Assembly: GCA_965661855.1 (NCBI GenBank)
Contig: CBFIFL010000005.1
Span: 2,372-66,371 of the forward strand
From: Flavobacteriales bacterium
GTDB lineage: Bacteria > Bacteroidota > Bacteroidia > Flavobacteriales_C > CBFIFL01
DNA length: 64,000 nt
Direction: 5' to 3'
Numbering within the stretch: the first letter of the stretch is position 1; the number at the start of each line of letters is the position of its first letter. Position numbers and translations under genes: made by a program. This document shows positions 49,638 to 59,793 of the stretch, one piece after another. The notes below the pieces were generated by a model. It made no database searches and was not told the origin of the DNA. It was given only the letters and a program-made list of their open reading frames with translations.

Positions 49638-51989
49638 CTAAAAATTAAAGTTCCAGGTAACACTTGGAAGAATTGGGAATAATGAAACTTGCTCTGTTGC
49701 TCCTGTCATAGGCAAGTTAATGATACTTCCTTCACTAGTGAAGTTGTAGAAATATACATTTTGCCTATTGTATAGATTGTAAATCGAGAAATTCCAACTT
49801 GATTTAAACTTCTTGCTTTCCTTTCCTTTTATGGTCAATGAGATATCTGCTCTGTGATAAGGTTTGATTCTAAACGAGTTTCGTTCAGACTGCTGACGAA
49901 CCAGCGTTCCATCGATTACATAAAGCCCTAAAGGCACAGTGATAGCGTTTCCAGTGGCATAAATGAAAGTACCGGCTAAGGTCATTCTGTCGTTGATAGC
50001 ATAAGACAATACAACACTAAGGTCATGTCTTCTATCATAAATTACGGGATAAACTTTTCCTTGATTAATATCAGGAAACAATCTTTCTGTTTTAGACCAC
50101 GTATAACCAATCCAACCGGTTAAATCTCCTGTCCTCTTTTTTATGAAAAACTCAGCTCCATAAGACCATCCGTCTCCAAATACAAATGAATTATCGGTAT
50201 TGTCATTAACTCCGTCTTGAGGTTGTGCTCCTTCTGCAAATTCAATCAAGTTATTCATGTCCTTGTAGTATACTTCAACAGAAGATTCGAATTTGTTATC
50301 AAGAAAGTTCTGAAAATATCCAATCGCATATTGAGTAGCTTCTTGCGGTTTTACTACTTCAGAACTAGGAACCCAAACATCAGTAGGTAAAGAGTTACCT
50401 GTTAAGGTTGCCATATGAACGTATTGATAGTTACGGGTAAATGAACCCTTTAATGAAGTATTTTCATTAATACCGTATTTAACAGATGCTCTTGGCTCTA
50501 ATCCGTTATGAAAGTTGATGTGCTCAAAGTTTCCATAACTGATAGTATCTATAGTGATTCCTATTTCGTTCTTCTCAAACCTTTTGAAAGGACCTCTGTT
50601 GTCATACCATGAGTATCTTAACCCATAGTTAACACTCCATCTAGAATTTATTTCCCAATCATCTTGAAAATAAACACCTCCTTCGATACCCTGTTGGGTA
50701 AATACTTCCCCAGATCCGAATTCAATACCTCCGGCTTCTGCTTCTAAATTGTTTGGAACAAAAACGTGATAGATAGCATTTAGCCCCCACTTAATGTTGT
50801 GTTTTTTTCCGAAGTAAGAAAAATCTGATTTAGCAGTGTAATCGGTAATTCCTGAAAATAGTTTAAATCTGAAATCTTCATTACCAGCATCAAAGGCAAA
50901 GTTGTAATCAGAGTAAACTAGGGATGTATTCATGAATAGTTTATCTGAGAAAAGGTGATTCCACCTTAAAGATCCGGTTGCATTTCCCCATGGAATAGAA
51001 ATATTGAAATCGGATAAAGCAGAGCCAAAGTCAAAAACATCTTTTCCAAAATATCCACTCAAGTACAGTCTATCTTTATTAGAGAATTTGTAATTCCACT
51101 TTGTGTTTAAATCATAGAAGTAATAACCTGTTCCGCTAAAGGATTCATTGTTTTTAAGAAACGGTCTCATTAAAATATCGATATAAGTTCTTCTTCCTGA
51201 AATGATAAAACTTGAAGTGTCTTTTTTGATAGGACCCTGAACAGTAAGTCGAGAAGAGATTAATCCAATACCACCATCAACTTGATATCTCTTAGAGTTC
51301 CCTTCATTCATGCTAATGTTTAATACAGAAGATAATCGACCACCATATTGAGCCGGCATGCCACCTTTAATGATTTCAACATCTTTAACCGCGTCTGCGT
51401 TAAAAACAGAGAAGAAACCAAATAAATGAGCCGCATTATAAACAACTGCTTCATCTAAAAGAATTAAGTTCTGATCCGGTCCACCACCTCTTACATAGAA
51501 CCCTGCATTACCTTCTCCAGAAGATTGAACACCAGGTAAAAGTTGGATGGTTTTCAAAATATCGACTTCCCCCATTAAAGCAGGAAGCTCCTTCATTTTT
51601 TTAGCCTTCAGTTCAATGGTCGACATTTTAGTGGACTGAGTATTTTTATCAGGAATATCTTCTGTTATGTTTACTTCAGCCAGTTTGATTGCTGATTCAA
51701 TTAATTCAATATTTAAACTTAAATCAGATTGCAGGTCTATTTCCTTTTCAGTAGCGCTAAATCCAATTGACTCATAAACGATAGTGTGTTTACCGGCAGG
51801 AAGTGATATGGAATAAAATCCATAAATATTACTTACGCCACCAGTACTTGGATTATCCTTATCATATATAGCAGCACCAATTATAGATTCTCCATTCTTA
51901 ATATCCTGAAGGTATCCACTGATAGTGTAAGATTGCCCCATCAAGAAACGGCATGATAATAAGAGGAAAGAAAAGACTAAGTTTTTCAT
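49638..51989 (-). CDS. TonB-dependent receptor with N-terminal carboxypeptidase-regulatory-like domain
   Basis: Signal peptide, then a CarbopepD_reg-like region (YTISGYLQDIKNGESIIGAAIY). Plug region is DILKTIQLLPGVQSSGEGNAGFYVRGGGPDQNLILLDEAVVYN. A long beta-barrel ends in an aromatic terminal residue (TWNFNF). Confidence 0.85.
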   Translation of the reverse strand: MKNLVFSFLLLSCRFLMGQSYTISGYLQDIKNGESIIGAAIYDKDNPSTGGVSNIYGFYSISLPAGKHTIVYESIGFSATEKEIDLQSDLSLNIELIESAIKLAEVNITEDIPDKNTQSTKMSTIELKAKKMKELPALMGEVDILKTIQLLPGVQSSGEGNAGFYVRGGGPDQNLILLDEAVVYNAAHLFGFFSVFNADAVKDVEIIKGGMPAQYGGRLSSVLNISMNEGNSKRYQVDGGIGLISSRLTVQGPIKKDTSSFIISGRRTYIDILMRPFLKNNESFSGTGYYFYDLNTKWNYKFSNKDRLYLSGYFGKDVFDFGSALSDFNISIPWGNATGSLRWNHLFSDKLFMNTSLVYSDYNFAFDAGNEDFRFKLFSGITDYTAKSDFSYFGKKHNIKWGLNAIYHVFVPNNLEAEAGGIEFGSGEVFTQQGIEGGVYFQDDWEINSRWSVNYGLRYSWYDNRGPFKRFEKNEIGITIDTISYGNFEHINFHNGLEPRASVKYGINENTSLKGSFTRNYQYVHMATLTGNSLPTDVWVPSSEVVKPQEATQYAIGYFQNFLDNKFESSVEVYYKDMNNLIEFAEGAQPQDGVNDNTDNSFVFGDGWSYGAEFFIKKRTGDLTGWIGYTWSKTERLFPDINQGKVYPVIYDRRHDLSVVLSYAINDRMTLAGTFIYATGNAITVPLGLYVIDGTLVRQQSERNSFRIKPYHRADISLTIKGKESKKFKSSWNFSIYNLYNRQNVYFYNFTSEGSIINLPMTGATEQVSLFPILPSVTWNFNF

Positions 51990-52138
51990 TGTTATAGGAT
52001 TGGACTACAATGATAATCATAGAAAAAGGCGATAACATTAAAAAAAACTTAAAATGTCGATATGATAAGATGAAGTGCTATAAAATTGCTTTGTTCTTGT
52101 CTATTATCACTAAATTAGTCCTACTAAAACAGATAAAA

Positions 52139-52843
52139 ATGGAAAATCAATCGTTCGATAATTTAAATGTTCACTTTGCAAATACAGATGCAGAAAGAGC
52201 CACTTTTATTAAGAAAACTTACTTACACTTATTGGGTGCAATATTAGCATTCTTAGTAGTGGAATATTTTATGCTATCCTCAGTATTAGTGCAGGATATG
52301 TGGATAAGTATCTTGTCAGCATCTTATGGCTGGTTATCTGTTCTTGGATTAGTTATGGTAGGAGCATGGATGGCAAATAATTTTGCATTTAATTCAAATC
52401 GAAATATTCAGTATGCTGGACTAGGGCTATATGTAGTTATTGAGGCTATTATTTTTACTCCACTGTTGATGATTGCTTTAACACAGATAGATGGGGCAAG
52501 TATTTTGTTGAAAGCAGGAGGAATGACTGTTGCTCTATTTACTGGTTTAACCGCAGTTGTTATAACGACAGGAAAAGACTTTTCATTCCTTAGATCCATA
52601 TTAATGGTTGGAGGTTTTCTAGCAATGGGCTTAATTGTAATTGGTTTAATATTCGGTTTTGATTTAGGACTTTGGTTTTCAGTTGGAATGGTGCTATTAG
52701 CGGCTGGATCAATCTTATTTGAGACGTCAAAAATATTTAAAACTTACCCAACAGATTATTACGTTGGGGCATCATTAGGATTGTTCGCTAGTTTCATGCT
52801 ATTGTTATGGTATGTAATTCGAATTTTTATGAGTAGGGATTAA
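52139..52843 (+). CDS. Bax-inhibitor-1/YccA-family membrane protein
   Basis: Start moved to the ATG at 52139 (MENQSFDN...). RATFIKKTYLHLLGAILAF is followed by seven hydrophobic segments. Confidence 0.8.
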   Translation: MENQSFDNLNVHFANTDAERATFIKKTYLHLLGAILAFLVVEYFMLSSVLVQDMWISILSASYGWLSVLGLVMVGAWMANNFAFNSNRNIQYAGLGLYVVIEAIIFTPLLMIALTQIDGASILLKAGGMTVALFTGLTAVVITTGKDFSFLRSILMVGGFLAMGLIVIGLIFGFDLGLWFSVGMVLLAAGSILFETSKIFKTYPTDYYVGASLGLFASFMLLLWYVIRIFMSRD

Positions 52844-52977
52844 TGTGTTGAACAGTTTTAGGTTTCGTTCAAAATCATTACTTTTAGCGGAATATAAAGT
52901 TTAGCATGGTCTTTGCATTTATGTAGATGAATCAAAAATGTTAGGCGATGAATAGGTTAGTTAAGCAAAAAGGGAAT

Positions 52978-55023
52978 ATGAAAAGTTATTTAATAATTCT
53001 AAGTTTTTTATTAGGAGCAATGAGTTTGAACGCTCAGAGTTTTAAGAATGTTTGGGATGAGGCTGAAGGTTATTATGCTGATGATGATTTCAAAAGTGCA
53101 TTAGATAGTTACAAGAGACTTTTAGAAATGTCTCCTGAGAATGGTAATGTTCAGTTTAAAATTGCAACCTGTTATTTCCTAGATTCGGAAGGAGATAAAG
53201 TAAAAGCAGCAAACTTCTTTGAAAAAGCGGGTACTAAACTAACTTATGATTACGACCCTATTTCAAAGAAAGAGGACAAAGCTCCAATTGATACTTATTT
53301 CAGATTAGGACAAACGTATCATATTTTAAATGAGTTTGATAAAGCTATAGAAGCATATAGTAAATACGAGACTTTGGTTGATAGCAGCGAAGTGATGAGT
53401 GATAACGTTAAGTTAGAAGCAAAAGCTGATGTGAAAAGATATAAAGGGATTGTTGAAACGGCTAAGAATTTAATGGCATATCCAAGGGACATTCAGATAG
53501 AGCCTTTAACTGCATTAAACTCATCTTTTCCTGAATACGCTCCAGTGATTTCAGCTGATGAAAAAACGATCATATTTACTTCAAGAAGAAAAGGATCTAC
53601 TGGTGGAGAAAGTAATAGATTACTGGATGGATCGTACAGAGAGGATATTTATATTTCAAATAAAGTTGAAGGAAATTGGATGAAGCCTCAGAAAATCTCT
53701 GACAAAATTAATACGGTAAACCACGAAGCAACAATCGGATTAAGTGTTGATGGTTCTCAGTTATTGATTTATAGAGATGATGAAGGTGATGGAAATATCT
53801 ACTTCTCAAAGCTTGATGGTGATAAATGGACTACTCCAGTGAAAATGGGACCAACAATTAACACTAGATCTCAAGAGACTCATGCTGTATTCTCAGCTGA
53901 TGGTAATACAATTTACTTCACATCTGATAGAAAAGGTGGTTATGGAGGTCTTGACATTTACAGAGTAAAGAAGCTTCCTAATGGGGAGTGGAGTTTAGCT
54001 CAGAACTTAGGACCAACCATTAATACTAAATACGATGATAGATCACCATTCATGCACCCTGATGGAGTTTCATTATTCTTCTCTTCAAAAGGACATGAGA
54101 CGATGGGTGGATTTGATATTTTCGTTTCAACGTTTATGGATTCAGATTTAAACTGGACTAAACCTGAGAACGTTGGATATCCTATTAACACAACGGATGA
54201 CGATGTATTCTATGTTACTTCAACTGACGCACAGAGAGCGTATTATGCTTCTGCTAAAGGAAAAGAGAATCAAGGAGGTGTTGATTTGTATATGATTACA
54301 ATGAAGAAGCAACCAGCTGCTGCATTAACCATCATGACTGGGACATTTAGTTTAGGTGATAGTACAAAAACAGTTCCAGATGATGCTACTATTACAGTAA
54401 CTGATAATAAGTCTGGTGAGATTATTGGGATTTACAGGCCTAATTCTAAAACTGGAAAATACCTATTCATTCTGCCTCCTGGTAAAGATTACAATGTTTC
54501 TTATGAAGCTGAAGGTTACTTGTTTGAATCAGATAACTTATTGATTCCTAAGAGTACTGTTTATGCGGAAGTAGATAAGCCTGTTGAATTGGCTCCAATT
54601 AAAGCTGGGGAGAAAATTATTTTAAATAATATATTCTTTGAATTTGATAGAGATGAAATAACTGAGAACTCTAGAGTTGAGTTAGCTAAGTTGGAAAGAT
54701 TAATGCAAAAAAATCCTTCTGTTAAAATAGAGATTTCAGGACATACGGATTCAAAAGGTTCTGATAATTACAATCAAAAATTATCTCAGAAAAGAGCCTT
54801 GGCTGTTGTTAAATACCTTACAGATAGAGGTGTTGATGGAGATAGAATGGTTGGTGTAGGTTATGGTGAAACACAGCCTATTGCTATCAATACGAACATA
54901 GATGGTTCTGATAACGAAGAGGGAAGAGCGATGAACAGAAGAATTGAATTGAAGATCACTGAGTCTGACGGAAAGAAAGATATCGTTAAGAAAATCGACG
55001 TACCGAAGAACTTACAGAAATAA
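52978..55023 (+). CDS. PorE-architecture envelope protein: TPR + PD40/TolB-like beta-propeller + carboxypeptidase-regulatory-like domain + OmpA_C peptidoglycan-binding domain
   Basis: Start moved to 52978 (MKSYLIILSFLLGAMSLNAQ). TPR-like N-terminal region, then PD40 repeats (ADGNTIYFTSDRKGGYGGLDIY, PDGVSLFFSSKGHETMGGFDIF). CRD-like region is YRPNSKTGKYLFILPPG. OmpA_C is NNIFFEFDRDEI...GHTDSKGSDNYNQKLSQKRA...NRRIELKI. Confidence 0.75.
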   Translation: MKSYLIILSFLLGAMSLNAQSFKNVWDEAEGYYADDDFKSALDSYKRLLEMSPENGNVQFKIATCYFLDSEGDKVKAANFFEKAGTKLTYDYDPISKKEDKAPIDTYFRLGQTYHILNEFDKAIEAYSKYETLVDSSEVMSDNVKLEAKADVKRYKGIVETAKNLMAYPRDIQIEPLTALNSSFPEYAPVISADEKTIIFTSRRKGSTGGESNRLLDGSYREDIYISNKVEGNWMKPQKISDKINTVNHEATIGLSVDGSQLLIYRDDEGDGNIYFSKLDGDKWTTPVKMGPTINTRSQETHAVFSADGNTIYFTSDRKGGYGGLDIYRVKKLPNGEWSLAQNLGPTINTKYDDRSPFMHPDGVSLFFSSKGHETMGGFDIFVSTFMDSDLNWTKPENVGYPINTTDDDVFYVTSTDAQRAYYASAKGKENQGGVDLYMITMKKQPAAALTIMTGTFSLGDSTKTVPDDATITVTDNKSGEIIGIYRPNSKTGKYLFILPPGKDYNVSYEAEGYLFESDNLLIPKSTVYAEVDKPVELAPIKAGEKIILNNIFFEFDRDEITENSRVELAKLERLMQKNPSVKIEISGHTDSKGSDNYNQKLSQKRALAVVKYLTDRGVDGDRMVGVGYGETQPIAINTNIDGSDNEEGRAMNRRIELKITESDGKKDIVKKIDVPKNLQK

Positions 55024-55055
55024 TTATTAAGAGGGCTTGTCCGTCTTTTTAGCTT

Positions 55056-56777
55056 ATGAAATTAGTCCTCATATTAATCATAGCTTGCTTTTCATTTACT
55101 TTCGCTCAACAAAAGCCAGAATTCCTTGGAGATAAAGGATTAGCAGACGAGTATTTCAAGTATGGAAATTTTGAGTTTGCTTTAGAAGAACTATTGATTC
55201 TTCATGCCAAAAAGCCTAATAAACTAGAATATAGATATCAGTTAGGTGTATGTTACAATAACACGTTTAGAAACAAGAAGAAGGCTATAGAGCATTTGGA
55301 GTTTGTTGTTAATGGTGGTGAATACGAAGAAAAAGCTTTGTTTGAACTAGGTATAGCTTATCATCAGAATCACATGTTTGATAAAGCAATTGCTATGTAT
55401 GAGCGATTCAGTAAAGAGACTGAAAAAGACTCTGTTATAGTTGACAAGTTTATTAAGTTCTCTTTGAATGCTAAGGAGATGATGAAGTTTCCATTGTCGG
55501 TTACTTTTGAAAACATGGGTAAGGCAGTCAATTCAGAAATGAAGGATTACCTTCCTTACGTAGCTGCAAATGAAGCTGAGGTTGTTTTCACAACAAAAAG
55601 AATTGGAACATCAGGGCGTTACTTCGATTTTGATGGTCAAACAGTATCTGATGTATTCACATCAAAAGCCAAACTAAACGGCGGTTGGAGAAGAGCTAAG
55701 GGAATATCTCCTTTTATCAATACGGAAAATCCAGAAGAATTAGCAGGAATATCTAGAAATAATATGCATTTGATCTATAGTACGAATAACTTCGGGACTC
55801 AAGATTTAAGTATTTGTTCAAAAGCTCAGGCAAAAGATAGATCCTTTTCTAAACCGGTTAAATTAAGCAGTGTCAATACTTCCAATAGTGAAGCTGCAGC
55901 AGCTATTACTAATGATGGTGAATTCTTAGTTTTCTCGTCAACACGACCAGGAGGTTATGGAGGAAGTGATTTATACATATCGAAAAGATTACCTAACAGA
56001 AAATGGGGAGAAGCAATTAATCTAGGTCCAGAGGTGAACACTCCATTCAATGATAATTATCCATCATTCTCTTCTGAGGACAATGTATTGTACTTCGCTT
56101 CTGAAGGACATACCTCGATGGGAGGATATGATTTGTTTAAGACGAGCTTTGATAAATGGACGAATCGATGGAAGGTACCAGAGAATTTAGGTTATCCATT
56201 GAATACCGTTTATGATGACTACAGTATTAGTTTCAACGATAATGGGAAATATGCCTACGTAGCTCAGTACAGAGGCGATAGTTATGGAGACTATGATATT
56301 TATAGAGTTGATTTCTTAGAAAAGGACAGAAAGCTAACTGTGATCAATGGCTTAATCAAATCTGATGTTGCGTTAGAAAAACTTTCAGATTCGCTTAAGA
56401 CTCAAGTTAAAAGGTTAGAGGCTCACGTTAAGAAAATGGCACAATTGGATAGTTCAGCAAGAAGAGATAGCTTAATCGCTCTAAAACAGCTTGAAATTAA
56501 GGCTACAAATAAGCGAATTGACTATTATGCTCCAGTTACACTTAATGATATTAGAGTTTATGATAAGAAAACAAATGAGCTGTATGGAAGTTATAAGCCG
56601 AATCAAAAAAGTGGAAGGTATGTAATCATACTTCCTCCTGGAATTTATCAATTGAAAATTAAAAATGTTGGGTTCGAGGATTACGAAGAGACCTATAATA
56701 TTCAAAGTAGGGTTTATTATAAGCCTGAAATTGCAAGAGATATTCATCTAACTCCTCACCCGGAATACATTAAGTAA
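55056..56777 (+). CDS. Paralogue of the preceding protein (TPR + PD40 propeller + CRD-like) lacking the OmpA_C domain
   Basis: Signal peptide MKLVLILIIACFSFTFAQ. It shares blocks with the upstream gene: RPGGYGGSDLY, EGHTSMGGYDLF, YKPNQKSGRYVIILPPG. It ends right after the CRD-like domain. Confidence 0.7.
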   Translation: MKLVLILIIACFSFTFAQQKPEFLGDKGLADEYFKYGNFEFALEELLILHAKKPNKLEYRYQLGVCYNNTFRNKKKAIEHLEFVVNGGEYEEKALFELGIAYHQNHMFDKAIAMYERFSKETEKDSVIVDKFIKFSLNAKEMMKFPLSVTFENMGKAVNSEMKDYLPYVAANEAEVVFTTKRIGTSGRYFDFDGQTVSDVFTSKAKLNGGWRRAKGISPFINTENPEELAGISRNNMHLIYSTNNFGTQDLSICSKAQAKDRSFSKPVKLSSVNTSNSEAAAAITNDGEFLVFSSTRPGGYGGSDLYISKRLPNRKWGEAINLGPEVNTPFNDNYPSFSSEDNVLYFASEGHTSMGGYDLFKTSFDKWTNRWKVPENLGYPLNTVYDDYSISFNDNGKYAYVAQYRGDSYGDYDIYRVDFLEKDRKLTVINGLIKSDVALEKLSDSLKTQVKRLEAHVKKMAQLDSSARRDSLIALKQLEIKATNKRIDYYAPVTLNDIRVYDKKTNELYGSYKPNQKSGRYVIILPPGIYQLKIKNVGFEDYEETYNIQSRVYYKPEIARDIHLTPHPEYIK

Positions 56778-56804
56778 ACCGGGAAATAAGAAGTCTTCTA
56801 TATT

Positions 56805-58139
56805 TTATAAGAATTCATTAGCAAGGTTTGCTAATTCTGATCTTTCTCCTTTTTCAAGAGTGATATGAGCATATAGATTGTTTCCTTTCAATCTATCAAT
56901 TAAGTAAGCCAAACCGTTTGATTCAGCGTCTAAGTATGGTGTATCAATCTGGAATACATCTCCAGTGAAAATGATTTTAGTGTTGTCACCTGCTCTAGAT
57001 ATAATTGTCTTAACCTCATGCGGTGTTAAGTTTTGAGCTTCATCAATAATAAAGAAAATGTTGCTTAAACTACGTCCTCTAATATAGGCTAATGGAGTAA
57101 CGAGAAGTTTTTCTTGGCTTACCATCTCCTCAATTTGCTTGTATTCTTTGTCTTGAATACGGTATTGACTCTTTATGAATTTCAGGTTATCCCATAAAGG
57201 TTCCATATAAGGATTAAGCTTTGATTTTACATCACCTGGTAAATAACCAATATCCTTATTTCCTAAAGGAACTACAGGTCGAGCTAAAAAGATCTGATGA
57301 TAATGCCTTCTCTGTTCAAGAGCTCCAGCCAAAGAAAGTAAAGTTTTACCTGTACCAGCAACCCCTTGGATTGTTACCAGTTTAACTTTATCATTCATTA
57401 ATGCATGAAGAGCAAAAGCTTGCTCAGCATTCTTAGGTTTTATTTTGAAAGCATTTTCTTTACTCAGCTTAACCAATTTTTGACTTTCAGCTTCGAAGTA
57501 GGAAAGAACTGATTTTTGACCATTTTTCAGAATGTAATAAGCATTACTCTCCGGATTAAAATCAGCTTTTATTTCGTCTAAAGAAACTTCTTCATTCTCA
57601 TAAAGTTTATTGATAGTTTCTTCATGGAAATTATCAATCACTCCTTTTGTAATTGCTTTTTTATCAGGTTCTAAACCTTTGATTTTTCCTGTTTCGTAAT
57701 CTTCTGATTTTACTCCTAATGATTTCGCTTTAATTCTTAAGTTGATGTCCTTTGATACCAATACAACATCTCGTTCAGGATGCTGTTCCATCATGTAGAT
57801 AGCAGCATTTAAAATTCGATGATCAGCCTTGTCTTCTCCAAATTCAGCAATTGCATCTGTTAGGGTAGGCATGTTCATTACAATAGTAAAGTGCCCTTTA
57901 TTCTTTCCGATTGGAATCCATTCTTGTAATGAATGACCTTCTGATTGTTTATCCACGAATCTAGAGAATTCTCTAGCGGCGAAGTTTTTTAAATCGTGTC
58001 CTTTTTTAAAGTTATCTAGCTCTTCAAGAACGACGATTGGGATGGTAATATCGTGAAGTTGAAAATTCTTAATTGCATCGTGATCAAATATGATCACTGA
58101 TGTATCTAAAACGAAAATTTTCTTTGTTTTCTTAGCCAT
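56805..58139 (-). CDS. PIN-PhoH fusion protein (PhoH2/YlaK-type putative RNA helicase/RNase)
   Basis: N-terminal PIN-like FVLDTSVIIFD...VLEELD. PhoH ATPase region has Walker A GVAGTGKT and Walker B FFIIDEAQNL. Confidence 0.85.
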   Translation of the reverse strand: MAKKTKKIFVLDTSVIIFDHDAIKNFQLHDITIPIVVLEELDNFKKGHDLKNFAAREFSRFVDKQSEGHSLQEWIPIGKNKGHFTIVMNMPTLTDAIAEFGEDKADHRILNAAIYMMEQHPERDVVLVSKDINLRIKAKSLGVKSEDYETGKIKGLEPDKKAITKGVIDNFHEETINKLYENEEVSLDEIKADFNPESNAYYILKNGQKSVLSYFEAESQKLVKLSKENAFKIKPKNAEQAFALHALMNDKVKLVTIQGVAGTGKTLLSLAGALEQRRHYHQIFLARPVVPLGNKDIGYLPGDVKSKLNPYMEPLWDNLKFIKSQYRIQDKEYKQIEEMVSQEKLLVTPLAYIRGRSLSNIFFIIDEAQNLTPHEVKTIISRAGDNTKIIFTGDVFQIDTPYLDAESNGLAYLIDRLKGNNLYAHITLEKGERSELANLANEFL

Positions 58140-58214
58140 AGCTTCTGATTTTATCTATATCAATCTACGAAGCAAACAGGCTAAAGATTCTAAAACGCTA
58201 ATTTGTTTTCAACA

Positions 58215-59066
58215 TTAAACTGTAAAGTAATTTGATAAAATACTTTCACCAAGTACCTCAAGAATCAAGTCGTTAGCTGCTCTTTTCTCTTTGTTCAAGT
58301 ACAGCGTGTAAATTCGCATATTACTTACGTTACCTATATTATCTACTAGGAAGTCATGCAAATGCTCGATTCGCACCACCATATCATTCCAATCACCAAT
58401 CTTTTTCAACCGATCTTTCTGTGAGCTCAGGTTTTGGTTAAAGATGCTTAGTTGGAATGTTTCACTCATGAAAAAAATATGCTTTAGCAATTTTCTCACT
58501 TCATGAATATCATCCTCTATGATAATCTTGCTCAAAAGAAGTTCGTACTGATTTTCTTGAGCTGCTAAATAATGAGCTGTTTTATAGTTAATGAAAGAAG
58601 GTTCTAACTCTGAGAACTTCTCTATTATTTTATTTAACTCGTTCTTTATTAATTCTTTGATTGGTGAAATGTCAATGCACTCTATATCGTCTTCCGCTGA
58701 TAAAAGATTAGACTCTAAATGACTGATGTAGTCAGTCAATTTCTCTCTTTGGAAAAAAGGATCTTTTTGAAAAAATTTAATCTGAAGTTTAATATCACGC
58801 AGCTGTCCAGCTTTTTGAAAGAAAGGCTTGATCTCTTTGTTAAACGTGTCGTAAGAGAAATCCTCCGGGAAAATGAATTCAGCTAATCGTAAATAAGTTC
58901 TAACCTTTTTAACGCTAACTCGAGATTTCTTAATCTTTTTACCTTCTCGCTCGAATGCGTTAAATGCATCATCGAATTCAATGGATAGTTGATTAAGCGT
59001 ATCTAATATTTGATTTTCAGGCTTAGAAATCTCTTCTATGCTATTTTCGTTTTCAGTTCTTTCCAT
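58215..59066 (-). CDS. CHAD-like all-helical protein (putative polyphosphate-granule-associated domain)
   Basis: Two pseudo-symmetric halves each carry a CHAD-type pattern. First half: VKKVRTYLRLAEFIF ... AGQLRDIKL. Second half: IHEVRKLLKHIFFMSETF ... IGDWNDMVV. The only plausible ATG (59066) lies 31 nt inside the ParA-like gene. Confidence 0.5.
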   Translation of the reverse strand: MERTENENSIEEISKPENQILDTLNQLSIEFDDAFNAFEREGKKIKKSRVSVKKVRTYLRLAEFIFPEDFSYDTFNKEIKPFFQKAGQLRDIKLQIKFFQKDPFFQREKLTDYISHLESNLLSAEDDIECIDISPIKELIKNELNKIIEKFSELEPSFINYKTAHYLAAQENQYELLLSKIIIEDDIHEVRKLLKHIFFMSETFQLSIFNQNLSSQKDRLKKIGDWNDMVVRIEHLHDFLVDNIGNVSNMRIYTLYLNKEKRAANDLILEVLGESILSNYFTV

Positions 59067-59779
59067 AGTTTCTTATAACAGAATGAAGCTTCGTAATATG
59101 GGTATTTGTGTGTAACAGGTGAACGGTATTCTCCCATTTTTTCAATCAAGGATAAATATGGAATACCAACGTTGATAGTATTCGAGTTCTTTTCCAAAAA
59201 CTCATTCATAATACGGTTATGCATGTTTTTTCTTTTCTCCACCATAGAGAAGAAAGGGATGATTTTATTATAGTCAATTTTTTCTTCCTGGAAAAACGCT
59301 AACATTTGATCAAAAGTTCTAACAGAAAGAATAGTAGGAACAACAGGTACCAAAACCAAATCAGAGTTTCTAAATACATTTTCAGATAGATTAGTCACAT
59401 TTGGAGGACAATCTAAAATCACATAGTCATAAGCTTTTTTTACTGGCTTCAGAATTTTCTTCAGCCATTTGTCTCCACCTTTCAAATCATCAATGATAAA
59501 ATCGATTTTTCTATAACTGGGATCAGCAGGAAGTATGTCAAGGTTAGTGTAATCTGTTGTTACAATTGATTCAGAAATATCTTTTTTAGCACTTAATATC
59601 TTCTTTGACTTACCTTTCAGTTTAGGCTCAGCTTTGAAGTAATATGTACTTGCTCCTTGGGGATCTAAATCCACAATAAGCGTATTGAAACCATCTTTGG
59701 CAATAGTGTAAGCCATATTTACAGAAGTAGCTGTTTTACCAACTCCTCCCTTTATATTATATACCGCGATTATTTTCAT
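59036..59779 (-). CDS. ParA/MinD-family P-loop ATPase (orphan ParA-like)
   Basis: Deviant Walker A NIKGGVGKT, LIVDLDPQG, and Walker B-like YVILDCPP. 247 aa with no ParB-like gene nearby. Confidence 0.85.
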   Translation of the reverse strand: MKIIAVYNIKGGVGKTATSVNMAYTIAKDGFNTLIVDLDPQGASTYYFKAEPKLKGKSKKILSAKKDISESIVTTDYTNLDILPADPSYRKIDFIIDDLKGGDKWLKKILKPVKKAYDYVILDCPPNVTNLSENVFRNSDLVLVPVVPTILSVRTFDQMLAFFQEEKIDYNKIIPFFSMVEKRKNMHNRIMNEFLEKNSNTINVGIPYLSLIEKMGEYRSPVTHKYPYYEASFCYKKLWKELKTKIA

Positions 59780-59793
59780 ACCAGAATTTTGTA

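Noticed and set aside
56805-58139. PIN domain as a toxin-antitoxin or defence module
   Set aside because: The PIN domain is fused to a full PhoH ATPase (PhoH2/YlaK architecture). No small antitoxin ORF precedes or follows it.
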